From Candidatus Micrarchaeota archaeon (GTDB taxonomy: Archaea; Micrarchaeota; Micrarchaeia; Norongarragalinales; Norongarragalinaceae), in assembly GCA_016207165.1 (NCBI GenBank), contig JACQQD010000008.1, forward strand, positions 32,001 to 96,000: a DNA stretch of 64,000 nt, given 5' to 3'. Both the position numbers and the translations under genes were made by a program. Every line of letters begins with the position of its first letter. The stretch's first letter is position 1. Below the pieces are notes generated by a model. That model ran no database searches. It saw nothing but the letters and a program-made list of their open reading frames with translations, and was not told the DNA's origin. Shown piece by piece: positions 18,589 to 27,944 of the stretch.

Positions 18589-19124
18589 AGGGTTTTTACT
18601 CGGGGTTTGCCGCGGCTTTAGTCACCTTGTCTTTGGCTGGACTTTTTTTCGCCGTGTTGGCGCTTTCCTACCAGGACGTGGCCGCGTTGGCGGAATTGGA
18701 CGCCGTTCGCACTTTTGACCGGGCCCAGGACGCCCAAGACGTTTTGCGTGAGGTGGTGGCGGACGCCGCCGTGGATTCCGCCTTTGCCGCGCACGGCTGC
18801 CAGCCGGGGCCGTCGGTGTGTGCGCCGGACGGTTTTTCGTCCCGGGTGTCCACGTATGCATCCCGTGCCGCGTCCCGGCTTTCCGACGGAATCTCCGTCC
18901 ACGTTCAAGTCCAAGACGTTTCGTGCCGAGCGTTGACTCCTTCTTTGGGCGTGGACGCGTCGTACGAGGTCAATGCGTCGCTGACGGTGGACGTAACGGG
19001 TTTCCAATCCGGTACTCCGGCTGACGTGGAGGTGTCCTATCGCGTGGATGCTTCCAACGCTCCCGGCGGCCTCATTCGCGTGGGCGCAAAACCGGAATGG
19101 GTCGTCCAATTTGAGTGCCCGTGA
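18585..19124 (+). CDS. Minor pilin-like protein
   Basis: MKG|FYSGFAAALVTL; ATGA overlap. Confidence 0.7.
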   Translation: MKGFYSGFAAALVTLSLAGLFFAVLALSYQDVAALAELDAVRTFDRAQDAQDVLREVVADAAVDSAFAAHGCQPGPSVCAPDGFSSRVSTYASRAASRLSDGISVHVQVQDVSCRALTPSLGVDASYEVNASLTVDVTGFQSGTPADVEVSYRVDASNAPGGLIRVGAKPEWVVQFECP

Positions 19125-19162
19125 AAAGGGCTTTAAACGCGTTTAATCCCATTAAGCGCTTG

Positions 19163-19738
19163 ATGAAGCGCGTTTTGGTCCTCTCGTTGTTCGTGCTTTT
19201 GGGCGTTGTGGCCTTCTCCTACTTGGCGTCCACAAAATCCGCCCTCACGGAAACGCAGGCCGTGGACGTGGTATTGGAGGATGTGAAGCCCTTGGAAAGC
19301 CAAGGCGTCATGGCTCGCGTCGTGGATTCGCGTTTTGAAAACGGCAAGTGGGCTGTCGACGTGCTCTTGACGCGCCGAGCGCACACGAAATGTCCATCCG
19401 TGGAAAAACGGTTCTACTCGCTGTTGCCCATTGGTTTCCGTTCCGAGTCCGTGGTGGCTTCCTGCAACCCGCCGGTGGCCATCAGTTACCGTGAGGAAGC
19501 CCTGATCCGCTCGGCCAAGGATGCCGGCGCGTTCTCGGAGGGCTACGGGTGCGCGTTTTACTGGGCGGACTTTGATGCCGCCACGTCGGCTTCTTATTGT
19601 GCTTCGCCAGAATCTTCGGCCGTCCAAGCCTTCGGATCCGGCTTGCCGCAGAACACGTGGGTCGTCTCCTGGACGTGGAACAACGCCACCGCGTTCTTCG
19701 CGTATTCCCCAAGTGACGCGTTTTTGAAGTCGTCGTGA
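19163..19738 (+). CDS. Exported Cys-containing hypothetical protein
   Basis: MKRVLVLSLFVLLG signal/TM. Confidence 0.65.
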   Translation: MKRVLVLSLFVLLGVVAFSYLASTKSALTETQAVDVVLEDVKPLESQGVMARVVDSRFENGKWAVDVLLTRRAHTKCPSVEKRFYSLLPIGFRSESVVASCNPPVAISYREEALIRSAKDAGAFSEGYGCAFYWADFDAATSASYCASPESSAVQAFGSGLPQNTWVVSWTWNNATAFFAYSPSDAFLKSS

Positions 19739-19746
19739 AAAACGTT

Positions 19747-20265
19747 ATGGCGTCGGAAGTCAGTTACGCGGCCCTCCGCTCGTTGCAGACCCAGGAACGC
19801 CATTCGCCCCAGCTTCTGCCTTTGGATTCGGATTTCTACCAGCGCTACGCTTCGTGGCTGTCGGAATTGGAACAGAACGTGCGCGAGCGGTTCTCGTTGG
19901 AAGCCGCCAAGGAACTGGAAAGCGCGCGCAAGATTTTGAACGACGTGTTCACCTTGCGTGCCCAGAAAATCTTTTTCAAGGCATTGCGGGATTTCCGCGC
20001 CGGGCGGGTGGATGCCGCTGGACTCTCCGAACAAGAAAAAGAGTTATATACGGGCCTGGTTACCCTTCTTTCTCGGCACCAGTTGGGCGCTTCGATTCCC
20101 TCGGTTAACGGTGAACTTCAGGTGGACATCGTCGCCGACGTGCCGGCGTTTGTGGGTTTTGATGCGCAACCGTACGGGCCTTTCAGGCCCGGCCAGCGGG
20201 TCGTGCTTCCACGCAAGCAAGCCGAGTTTCTGCAACGCAAGGGCGTTGTCAAGGTGATTTCATGA
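19747..20265 (+). CDS. DNA replication complex GINS protein (Gins51 type)
   Basis: L..L..DFY, R..KI, LS.QEKELY, C-terminal B domain DVPAFVG.D..YGPF..G; synteny with rpl44e. Confidence 0.88.
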   Translation: MASEVSYAALRSLQTQERHSPQLLPLDSDFYQRYASWLSELEQNVRERFSLEAAKELESARKILNDVFTLRAQKIFFKALRDFRAGRVDAAGLSEQEKELYTGLVTLLSRHQLGASIPSVNGELQVDIVADVPAFVGFDAQPYGPFRPGQRVVLPRKQAEFLQRKGVVKVIS

Positions 20266-20549
20266 TCGTTCCAAAGCAGACCAACGCGTTTTGCGTCAAA
20301 TGCCAAACGCATACGGCGCACAAGGTCAAGGTGTCCACGTCCAAGTACAAGCCGGGTCGCACCCTGGCGTGGGGCACGCGCAAGCACGAACGCAAACTGG
20401 CGGGCTACCACGGCAAAGTCAAAGGCAAGGCCAACGTCCGCAAGCAGGGCATCCGCAACAAACTCATGCTGGAGTGTTCGACGTGCAAAAAAAAGCACGA
20501 GCGCGTCATTTCGGGCCGCATGAAGAAGAAGGCGGAAGTCCAACGTTAG
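20262..20549 (+). CDS. rpl44e: 50S ribosomal protein L44e
   Basis: PK..FCVKCQTHTAH, GYHG, LECSTC. Confidence 0.95.
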   Translation: MIVPKQTNAFCVKCQTHTAHKVKVSTSKYKPGRTLAWGTRKHERKLAGYHGKVKGKANVRKQGIRNKLMLECSTCKKKHERVISGRMKKKAEVQR

Positions 20550-20564
20550 ATGAGGGTGATTTCC

Positions 20565-20726
20565 ATGAGCAAGTTCCTCCGAATCCAATGCGACTGCGGC
20601 GCGCAGCAAACCGTGTTTGGCGCCGCCAAGTCCACGATCAACTGCCAGTCCTGCGGCAACGAATTGGTTTCGTCCACCGGCGGCCAGGCCGAAGTGCTCT
20701 GCCGCGTTTTGGAAGTGTTCGGTTAA
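20565..20726 (+). CDS. rps27e: 30S ribosomal protein S27e (absent from ORF track)
   Basis: MSKFLRIQCDCGAQQTVFG..CQSCGNELVSSTGG. Confidence 0.95.
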   Translation: MSKFLRIQCDCGAQQTVFGAAKSTINCQSCGNELVSSTGGQAEVLCRVLEVFG

Positions 20727-20730
20727 CGTT

Positions 20731-21501
20731 ATGCCGAATTATCCGGAACGCGGAGAATTCGTCATCGCCAAAGTCAAGAAGATCCTTCCCTTTGGAGCGA
20801 TTCTGTCCCTCGATGAGTATAGCGCCCAGGAAGCCTTCGTCCACATTTCCGAAGTTTCCTCCGGCTGGGTGCGCAACATCCGCGACCACGTCAAGGAAGG
20901 TCAACTCACAGTAGCCAAAGTCATCCGGGTCGACGAGTCCAAGCACCAAGTGGACGTCTCGCTCAAAAGCGTTTCCGAGTCGGACAAGAAACGCAAACTG
21001 CAACTGAACCAATCCGAGAAACGCGCGCGCAAAATGCTGGAAGTCGTGGCCAAAAAACTCGGAAAACCCTTGGCCGTGGCCCTCCAGGAAGCTGGAAAGC
21101 CCCTGGAAGACGCTTACGGCGACTTGTATGCCGCGTTTGAGGCCATGGCCGCCGGCCAAGAGCTCTCCGCCAAGATTCCAAAAATGTGGGCCGCGGCGTT
21201 GACGGAACTGGCCAAAAAAGAGATCAAGCCCAAACGCGTGTTCCTCAAGGCGCACCTCACACTCAAATCGTACGCCCCGGATGGCTTGGATCAAGTCAAA
21301 GCCGTCTTGGCGAAAATCGACGCGCAATCGTTTCCGGACGCCCAAAAGACGCTGCGTTACGTTTCCGCGCCCACCTATTTGGTGGAAGTCGAGACGGACC
21401 AATTCAAACGCGCCGAAAAAATAATGGCCCACTTGTCGGCCTTGCTGGAACGCGAGGCGTCCGCCGCCCATTTTGAAGCGGCTTTTACGGTACAACGTTA
21501 A
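20731..21501 (+). CDS. eif2a: Translation initiation factor aIF-2 alpha
   Basis: YPERGEFV, HISEVSSGWVRNIRD, VDVSLK, SAPTY. Confidence 0.96.
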   Translation: MPNYPERGEFVIAKVKKILPFGAILSLDEYSAQEAFVHISEVSSGWVRNIRDHVKEGQLTVAKVIRVDESKHQVDVSLKSVSESDKKRKLQLNQSEKRARKMLEVVAKKLGKPLAVALQEAGKPLEDAYGDLYAAFEAMAAGQELSAKIPKMWAAALTELAKKEIKPKRVFLKAHLTLKSYAPDGLDQVKAVLAKIDAQSFPDAQKTLRYVSAPTYLVEVETDQFKRAEKIMAHLSALLEREASAAHFEAAFTVQR

Positions 21502-21539
21502 GCCCACCGTTTTTATACGCGGCTTTCCTCTTCCTCTTC

Positions 21540-21689
21540 ATGAAGCGCCTACGACGTTGCATGCGCCGCCACTACAGCTTGAATGAGGCCTGCCCCGCGT
21601 GCGGCGGCGAAACGTTCTCTGCGCACCCGCCCAAATACTCGCCGCACGACAAGTACGCGTCCTACCGGAGGAGGCAAACACATGGTTGA
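21540..21689 (+). CDS. nop10: H/ACA RNP protein Nop10 (absent from ORF track)
   Basis: YSL..CPACGG.T..AHPPKYSPHDKY..YRR. Confidence 0.93.
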   Translation: MKRLRRCMRRHYSLNEACPACGGETFSAHPPKYSPHDKYASYRRRQTHG

Positions 21690-22476
21690 AGCATCCTTTT
21701 CCGAGTCCTTCATCCGCGTGAAGAAAAAGCCGCGCCTCAAGAAACCCCTGCTGATCGTGGGATTGCCCGGCATCGGTTTCGTCAGTAAACTGGCGGTGGA
21801 CCACCTCGTGCGCGAGCTTTCCGCCAAACCGTTCGCCACGCTGTACTCGCCGCATTTTCCCAACCAAGTCCTGGCCCTGAAAAACGGGCGGCTGCGCGCG
21901 TTTTGCATGAAATTGTACTACGCCAAACTCCAGGGCCGTGACCTCGTGTTGTTGCGCGGCGACCTGCAGCCCCTGACCGTGGAAGGCCAATACGAAGTCT
22001 CCGCCAAACTCCTCTCGTTTTTCCGGGATTTGGGCGGAAAAGACGTGTTGTCCATGGCTGGCTACGCCATCCAACGCCAGCAAAAGACCCCCAACATTTT
22101 CGCGTACGCCACCTCCAAGACATTGGCCCAGTCGCTGTACAAACTGGGTGCCAAGCCCACCGGCGTGATTGTGCCGGTGGTCGGCATGGCCGGCTTGTTG
22201 CCGGCACTCTCCAAGCTCTACGGCTTGCGGGGGGCTTGTTTGTTGGTGGAAACCGCGGGCCAGAACGTCGACGCCGTGGGCGCCAAACACCTCGTCGCGC
22301 TCCTGGGGCGTTTGCTTAAACGCAAGTTCGACGTGAAGGCCCTGGAGGCCCGAGCCAAAAAGTCGCAGGTCATGATCAAGCGCATCGAACAGCAGGCCCG
22401 CCAAGAAGAAGTCGCCGCCATTTCCCCCGCGCCCCTGGAACCCGGTCAGAACCCCACCTCCGCCTACATCCAGTGA
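21682..22476 (+). CDS. Proteasome assembly chaperone (PAC2 family)
   Basis: GLPGIGFVSKLAVDHL, YSPHFP.QV, GDLQP, GMAGLL, CLLVET. Confidence 0.92.
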   Translation: MVEASFSESFIRVKKKPRLKKPLLIVGLPGIGFVSKLAVDHLVRELSAKPFATLYSPHFPNQVLALKNGRLRAFCMKLYYAKLQGRDLVLLRGDLQPLTVEGQYEVSAKLLSFFRDLGGKDVLSMAGYAIQRQQKTPNIFAYATSKTLAQSLYKLGAKPTGVIVPVVGMAGLLPALSKLYGLRGACLLVETAGQNVDAVGAKHLVALLGRLLKRKFDVKALEARAKKSQVMIKRIEQQARQEEVAAISPAPLEPGQNPTSAYIQ

Positions 22477-22539
22477 TTTCGCGAGGGGTTTCCTCCTGGA
22501 AAGCCCGTGCATTTTAACCCGTTTTCCTCGTTCAACTCT

Positions 22540-23298
22540 ATGGACGACGAGGCGGACCCCCATGCCCGCGGCGTGAAATTCGTTCCCATCCAGTTCCGCG
22601 TCACCGCTGACGGCGTGGTACCCACTGAATTTCGTGCACTGCCCATTCTGGAAGCCGCCGGCTATTTATCCATCGATCCACTGCAAACCGACGCATCACC
22701 CACGCACCCCGTGGCGTCGTGCCCGGTGCCAGCGGACGCTTTACTTGTTGACATCGTTGCGTTTGAGCCGTCCAAGCATTTGGATGACGTCGTGCGCTTT
22801 TGCGCGCGCACGGCCAACGCCCCACAATCCCTTTTTAGGCGGGAACTCTTGAAGTTGTACCACCGGCTTCCCACCGGCTTTTTCGTCGCCCTCGCAAAAG
22901 ACACGGGCCGGCCGGTTGGGTTCATCAGCATGGGTTTTCTAAAACCCAAGCCCCTGCGTTTTTTGATGGGAATCCTGGGAAGCCTGCTTCCGGCTGCCGT
23001 GGAACCGCTGGTGCGGGGCTTGGTCGCCTTGCGCGTGGTTTCGACCTTTGAAGTGGCCAACGTCATCGTCGATTTGGACTATCAACGCCAGGGCATTGGA
23101 GGCCAATTGATCGGCTTGGGCGAGCGTTTCATCGCTTCCCGATTCACCCAGTCCCGTGTCAGCCTGTACGTGCGCGAGGACAACGTGTCCGCCCTGCGTT
23201 TATACCGCAAGCTGGGATTCAAAACATTGGACGCGTTTTTGCTGGGCGGCCGCAAGAAGCTCGTGCTTTCCAAAGCCATCTCAACCTCGCCCATTTAA
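22540..23298 (+). CDS. GNAT acetyltransferase with N-terminal extension
   Basis: V...YQRQGIGGQL, LYVREDN.SA.RLYRKLGF. Confidence 0.85.
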   Translation: MDDEADPHARGVKFVPIQFRVTADGVVPTEFRALPILEAAGYLSIDPLQTDASPTHPVASCPVPADALLVDIVAFEPSKHLDDVVRFCARTANAPQSLFRRELLKLYHRLPTGFFVALAKDTGRPVGFISMGFLKPKPLRFLMGILGSLLPAAVEPLVRGLVALRVVSTFEVANVIVDLDYQRQGIGGQLIGLGERFIASRFTQSRVSLYVREDNVSALRLYRKLGFKTLDAFLLGGRKKLVLSKAISTSPI

Positions 23299-23335
23299 AC
23301 CATTTCGCCCAACCATTTCGTGGAGTGTTTTCCAC

Positions 23336-23734
23336 GTGCCGGTCAAGCTGTCCAAGTCGCCGCGAACCACGCACCCCATGGCCTCCTGCCCGGTGCTCAC
23401 CAACATTGAACTCATTGAAAGAAAATGGATGCTTCCCCTGCTTTTGGAATTCTTTTCCTCCAAAAAACGGCAATCCTTTTCCACCCTCCAGCGCGGCTTG
23501 CAACCCATCACCGCGAAAATCCTGGCCCGGCGCCTGGATGAACTGCAAGCCCACGGCTACGTCAACCGCGTCGAAAAAGGCGCCCGCGTCACGTATGCGC
23601 CCACCCGGAAAAGCTCGATGCTCCGCGGCTTGGTGGCCGTACTGAAAAAATACCGCGTGGCCTGCTCGGAGGCTGACCGCGAACGCTGCGCCACCTGCTC
23701 GCAACGCGACCGATGCGTGGCCGCATACGGCTGA
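23336..23734 (+). CDS. HxlR/DUF24-family winged-helix regulator with C-terminal Cys cluster
   Basis: CPV..IERKW, FSTLQ..L..IT.K.L.RRLDEL..G.V.R; tail C..CATC.....C; start 23336 or 23378. Confidence 0.85.
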   Translation: MPVKLSKSPRTTHPMASCPVLTNIELIERKWMLPLLLEFFSSKKRQSFSTLQRGLQPITAKILARRLDELQAHGYVNRVEKGARVTYAPTRKSSMLRGLVAVLKKYRVACSEADRERCATCSQRDRCVAAYG

Positions 23735-23812
23735 TGAATCCTTTGGCAAACCGTTTTTTAGTTCCCCCTCGCCCAAGCAATCCATGAGGCCTCGCCCCCT
23801 CCCGGTGTTTTG

Positions 23813-25051
23813 ATGCGCCACTTTGCCGACCTCCATTTTCACTCCAAGTATTCGCGCGCCGTGTCCCCGCACATGGAACTGGACGGCTTGGCTGCTGGCG
23901 CCAAGCAAAAAGGCCTCACCATTTTGGGCACGGGCGACTTCACGCATCCGCTTTGGTTCAAGGAACTGAAAAACCGCCTGCAACCCGAAGGCAACGGATT
24001 TTATCGGTTGAACGACGCGTCGGTGCGCTTCATGCTGACGTGCGAAGTCTCCACCATCGCTTCCATGCCCAAAGGCGTCAAGCGCGTCCACCACGTGCTT
24101 CACGCGGCAGATTTGGACGTCGTCGCGCAAGTCAACGACGTTCTTTCCAAGAAAGGCAACCTGGCGGCCGACGGGCGGCCCACCTTCGGCAAGACCACTC
24201 CCACGGAATTGGTGGAGTTGCTCATGGAGGTCTCCCGCGACATCGTCGTGGTGCCGGCCCACATCTGGACGCCGTGGTTTTCCGTCTTCGGCTCAAAAAG
24301 CGGCTTTGACTCCATTCAAGAGGCGTACCAGGACCAGGCCAAACACATTTTCGCGTTGGAGACCGGCATGTCTAGCGACCCGGCGATGAACTGGCGCGTC
24401 AGCGGGCTGGACCGCTTTACCCTCATGAGCAACTCCGACAGCCACTCCCCCCACCCGTGGCGCTTGGGTCGGGAATGCAACGCCTTTGAATTCGGCGAAG
24501 AACAGCTCTCCTATGCCGCGTTATGGAACGCCGTCCGCGAAAAAGACCAAACCCACTTCAAGTACACCGTCGAGACGCCGCCGGCGTACGGCAAATACCA
24601 TTGGGATGGCCACCGCGCCTGCGGGTTTTCCTGTCCGCCGGAGAAAACACGACAATTGAACGGCCACTGCCCCGTATGCAACAAACCGTTGACCCTGGGC
24701 GTCCAGTACCGAGTCGAAGAACTCGCCGACCGGCCGCAAGGCGTCGTGCCCGAAAACGCGGTGCCTTTCAAGACCCTGCTTCCCCTTCACGAATTGCTCT
24801 CGGCGGTGACCGGCAAGGCGTTGACCACGCAAACCGTCCAGAAAACCGCTGATGCGCTCATTGCCAAAGCGGGAAGCGAATTGGCCGTGCTTTTGGATTT
24901 GGACCCCAACGATCTGACCGCCGTCGCCGGGGCTTTTGTGGCTCGCGCCGTCCTGGACAACCGCGCGACCGCCGTTTCGGTAGTTCCAGGCTTTGATGGC
25001 CAATACGGCAAGCCCCAGCTTTCGGACGGCCAACAACGGCTCAATGAATGA
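23813..25051 (+). CDS. endoQ: Endonuclease Q (PHP domain + Zn finger)
   Basis: ADLHFHSKYS, GTGDFTHP.W, PAHIWTPW, ETGMSSD, SNSDSHS, GKYH..GHR.C..CPVC, PGFDGQYG. Confidence 0.93.
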   Translation: MRHFADLHFHSKYSRAVSPHMELDGLAAGAKQKGLTILGTGDFTHPLWFKELKNRLQPEGNGFYRLNDASVRFMLTCEVSTIASMPKGVKRVHHVLHAADLDVVAQVNDVLSKKGNLAADGRPTFGKTTPTELVELLMEVSRDIVVVPAHIWTPWFSVFGSKSGFDSIQEAYQDQAKHIFALETGMSSDPAMNWRVSGLDRFTLMSNSDSHSPHPWRLGRECNAFEFGEEQLSYAALWNAVREKDQTHFKYTVETPPAYGKYHWDGHRACGFSCPPEKTRQLNGHCPVCNKPLTLGVQYRVEELADRPQGVVPENAVPFKTLLPLHELLSAVTGKALTTQTVQKTADALIAKAGSELAVLLDLDPNDLTAVAGAFVARAVLDNRATAVSVVPGFDGQYGKPQLSDGQQRLNE

Positions 25052-25171
25052 AGCGTTCCCCTTCCTTTCCAGGCGGTTTCCGGTTTTCCTGAAACCAATT
25101 CCAGCGGATTCGCGTTTCCCTAGACCTTCATTTGGTTTTTCGTTACGGTTTTAAACGCCGGATTCGTTGCA

Positions 25172-25474
25172 ATGAACGGGTGCGTTTTGTTGGCTTCAGA
25201 ACTAGTCATATGGGGCGGATTCGGCGTCAGTATCCTCTTCATCGGGGTGGCCTATTACGCGCTGGTCGTCGTGCGTTCGGCCCGGAAAAAACTCCGCGCC
25301 ATGGAAGACCATGTCCAATCCCTGGAAAAAGGCTTTGACGCCGTCAACGAGCAACTCCACTCCGTGCAGCGAAGCCTTTCGACGAAGGTCGGCGCTTCGC
25401 AACTGGAAGAACAATACTCCGCGTTCTTGGCCAAGCTCTTGCGGAAGAAACTGGTGGTGAAGTCCCGTGGTTGA
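25172..25474 (+). CDS. Single-TM coiled-coil protein
   Basis: N-terminal TM followed by heptad pattern. Confidence 0.7.
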   Translation: MNGCVLLASELVIWGGFGVSILFIGVAYYALVVVRSARKKLRAMEDHVQSLEKGFDAVNEQLHSVQRSLSTKVGASQLEEQYSAFLAKLLRKKLVVKSRG

Positions 25475-25736
25475 ATTCGAAGTCATCGGTCTGGCAATCG
25501 TCATTCTCTTGGTGTTTTTGTACATGATCAAGGTGGTCTTGGACTTGCAGGCCACCATTTCCTCCAGCATCAGCCGCGTGGAATCCAAGCTGGACGGCTT
25601 GGAACAGACGGCGTCCCACGTCACTTCCGACATGGCCACGCTCAAGCGGTCCCTGAACGACAAAGTGGACCGGTCGTACGTGGAAAAACGCCTGGTCGGC
25701 CTTTCCGAATTGCTTAAGAAAGACAAAAAGCGCTGA
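25467..25736 (+). CDS. Single-TM coiled-coil protein, paralog of upstream gene
   Basis: TM + heptads; shares RSL..KV motif. Confidence 0.72.
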   Translation: MVEFEVIGLAIVILLVFLYMIKVVLDLQATISSSISRVESKLDGLEQTASHVTSDMATLKRSLNDKVDRSYVEKRLVGLSELLKKDKKR

Positions 25737-27518
25737 ATGATTATGCGTGCCTGGGTTGCGGCGCTGGTTTTCCTTGGAACCGTATCCGCTCTCAGCGTAA
25801 CGCTTACGTCGCCATCCGACGGCCTTCTTTCTTCGTCGGCTTCCCACGTGTTTTCGTTCACGGTGGACTCCAACGTTTCCTGGTGTGCGTTGTACTCCAA
25901 CCAATCCGGTTGGGCCGCGGTGCAAAACCAATCCAGTGCAACCTCATTGAATCATTCGATGCCCGCCGATGGCTCGTACCTTTGGGGGGTTTCCTGCGCG
26001 GACGCGAACGGCACTTCATTTTCTTCCAACCGCACCCTACGCGTTGACGCCACGGCCCCCTCCGCGGTGTCCAACCTGTCGGCGTCCGGCACCACGTCGG
26101 CCACGCTTTCCTGGAACGCGTCCTCTGACAATTCCTCCGTCACGTACACGGTCTCCCGCAACGGCACCGCGGTTTCCACCGGGCAGTCGGGGCTGGCGTT
26201 TTCCGAAGCCGTGACATCCGGTCAATCCTACAATTACTCCGTTCAGGCCGTGGATGCCGCCGGCAACGCGGGCCCCGCCCAAAACGTGGTGTTTCACGCG
26301 CCGGCCGCTTCGGTGGCCATTTCCGGCTTGAGTGTTTCAACCACGCCATCCACGGCCACGTTTACTTGGACCAATACGCCGGCGGCCAACGCGTCTGTTT
26401 CGTACGGCAACCAAACCGCGGTGCTGGGCATCGTGTCCAACCCCACCCCCGGTTCCAGCCCCTCGCTTTCCATTGCCGGACTATCTGCGGCCATGACATA
26501 CCCCTACAACGTCACGGCGTGCACCACCACGTGCACCCAAGTCTCCGGCTCGTTTGCCACTAAGCCGTCATCGTATCCTTCGCCCTCCCAAATCCAAAAC
26601 ATCAACTCGACGGCAAGCCTTCCCGCACTTTTTTCCGCGTTCTGGACGGACTCCCTGAATTTGTCTCACTATGTTTTCTCCACCAACGTGTCGGGGTCCT
26701 GGGTCAACACGACGTATGCCTTCAACGGTTCCTACAGCAACCACTCCATGATTCTTCCATCCACGGCCATGACCATTGCGTGGCAGTTCTTTGCCAACAA
26801 CTCCCAGAACGCCTTCAACTTCACGCCCGTGAAAAACGTCACGGTCCAACTCCCCGCGCCTTCGGCGACTCCCACGCCCGCCGTGGCCACGCCGTTTCCC
26901 ACGATTCCACCGCAACTGGTCAAAGCCACGCCGACTCCCGAGGCGCCCGCCGCCACCCCAACACCCACGCTGGCACCCGTCGAAGAAGCATCTGCGGAAG
27001 CGTTGCCTTCGGCGCCGCCGAATTTCTCGGGACAACTCGTCGAGTTGGTGGTCAACGCCGAGGGCGCCGAGTTCGGCTTGAGTCCCGAGGGGCTCTTGGT
27101 GTCTCTGGTTGCTCCCAACGCCACCGTGTCTTTTGCATCCCAATTCAACAACACCGGATCCGGAGTCACCGTGGTCTTGCGATCCGAGTTGACGGGTGAC
27201 TCCGGCGTTTTGCTCTTGGAATCCGACCCCGTCACCGTCCGGTCCGGCCAGTCCATTCACCTTGAGACTCGGCCGCAAACCGTGCCTTCCGGCGTCTACG
27301 ACGTGAAAGCCGAAGTCGTGAACCTGGAAGCCGGCACCGTCCTTTTCGCTACGACGGGTCCTCGCGTCCACATCCAGTCGACGGCAAAGGCTCAAAACGC
27401 GTTCACGGGTCTTTTTTCCGGAGGCGACGCCTCCGTGGCTTTCGGCGGACTGGCGTTGGTCTTGGGCGTCGGCGTGTTTTTGGTGCAACAGCTCGCTTCA
27501 CTCAAGAAAGAGTTCTGA
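25737..27518 (+). CDS. Cell-surface glycoprotein with FN3/Ig-like domains and C-terminal TM anchor
   Basis: Signal peptide, YSVQAVDAAGN FN3 motif, many N-x-S/T sequons, P/T linker, C-terminal TM + KK. Confidence 0.8.
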   Translation: MIMRAWVAALVFLGTVSALSVTLTSPSDGLLSSSASHVFSFTVDSNVSWCALYSNQSGWAAVQNQSSATSLNHSMPADGSYLWGVSCADANGTSFSSNRTLRVDATAPSAVSNLSASGTTSATLSWNASSDNSSVTYTVSRNGTAVSTGQSGLAFSEAVTSGQSYNYSVQAVDAAGNAGPAQNVVFHAPAASVAISGLSVSTTPSTATFTWTNTPAANASVSYGNQTAVLGIVSNPTPGSSPSLSIAGLSAAMTYPYNVTACTTTCTQVSGSFATKPSSYPSPSQIQNINSTASLPALFSAFWTDSLNLSHYVFSTNVSGSWVNTTYAFNGSYSNHSMILPSTAMTIAWQFFANNSQNAFNFTPVKNVTVQLPAPSATPTPAVATPFPTIPPQLVKATPTPEAPAATPTPTLAPVEEASAEALPSAPPNFSGQLVELVVNAEGAEFGLSPEGLLVSLVAPNATVSFASQFNNTGSGVTVVLRSELTGDSGVLLLESDPVTVRSGQSIHLETRPQTVPSGVYDVKAEVVNLEAGTVLFATTGPRVHIQSTAKAQNAFTGLFSGGDASVAFGGLALVLGVGVFLVQQLASLKKEF

Positions 27519-27521
27519 TTT

Positions 27522-27854
27522 TCAGCGCTTAAAATAAAAGAAAAGCAAGATCAGCGACGCGGCGCCAGCCAGCGTGATGTCGAGGTTCAACGCGAACACG
27601 GCCAACAAGATGGCGGCCAAGCCCACCATGAAGAAGGTGAGTTTGTCCATGCCGAACACCGTTCCCGTCTCCTGGTACGCGGCCGGCGCTTGGGCTTCGC
27701 CGGTGGCGGGAACGCTTCCCTGGCTTAACGGTTGAACGTTGCCGGTTTGGGGGTCGACTTGCACGGCGAAACCGCAGTTCTTGCAGTACACCACGCTGTT
27801 TTGGGGGTCGACATCCAAGTTGGGGTTGCCGCACTGGGGACAGGCCACGTCCAT
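27522..27854 (-). CDS. Zn-ribbon (TFIIB-like) membrane protein
   Basis: CPQCG..YCKNCG plus two C-terminal TMs. Confidence 0.75.
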   Translation of the reverse strand: MDVACPQCGNPNLDVDPQNSVVYCKNCGFAVQVDPQTGNVQPLSQGSVPATGEAQAPAAYQETGTVFGMDKLTFFMVGLAAILLAVFALNLDITLAGAASLILLFFYFKR

Positions 27855-27944
27855 GCAAGGCTTAACGCGGACTCCGTTTAAAAGGTTTCATCCCCGTTCG
27901 CGGTGATAGCTTAAAATAGCTTTCCCGGCTAATTCGTTGCCGTT

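Noticed and set aside
25051-25115. ORB-like words (CCTGGAAAGGAAGGGG on minus; TTCCAGCGGA) suggesting a replication origin near oapABC
   Set aside because: Weak matches, no clear AT-rich unwinding element and no orc1/cdc6 in the window.
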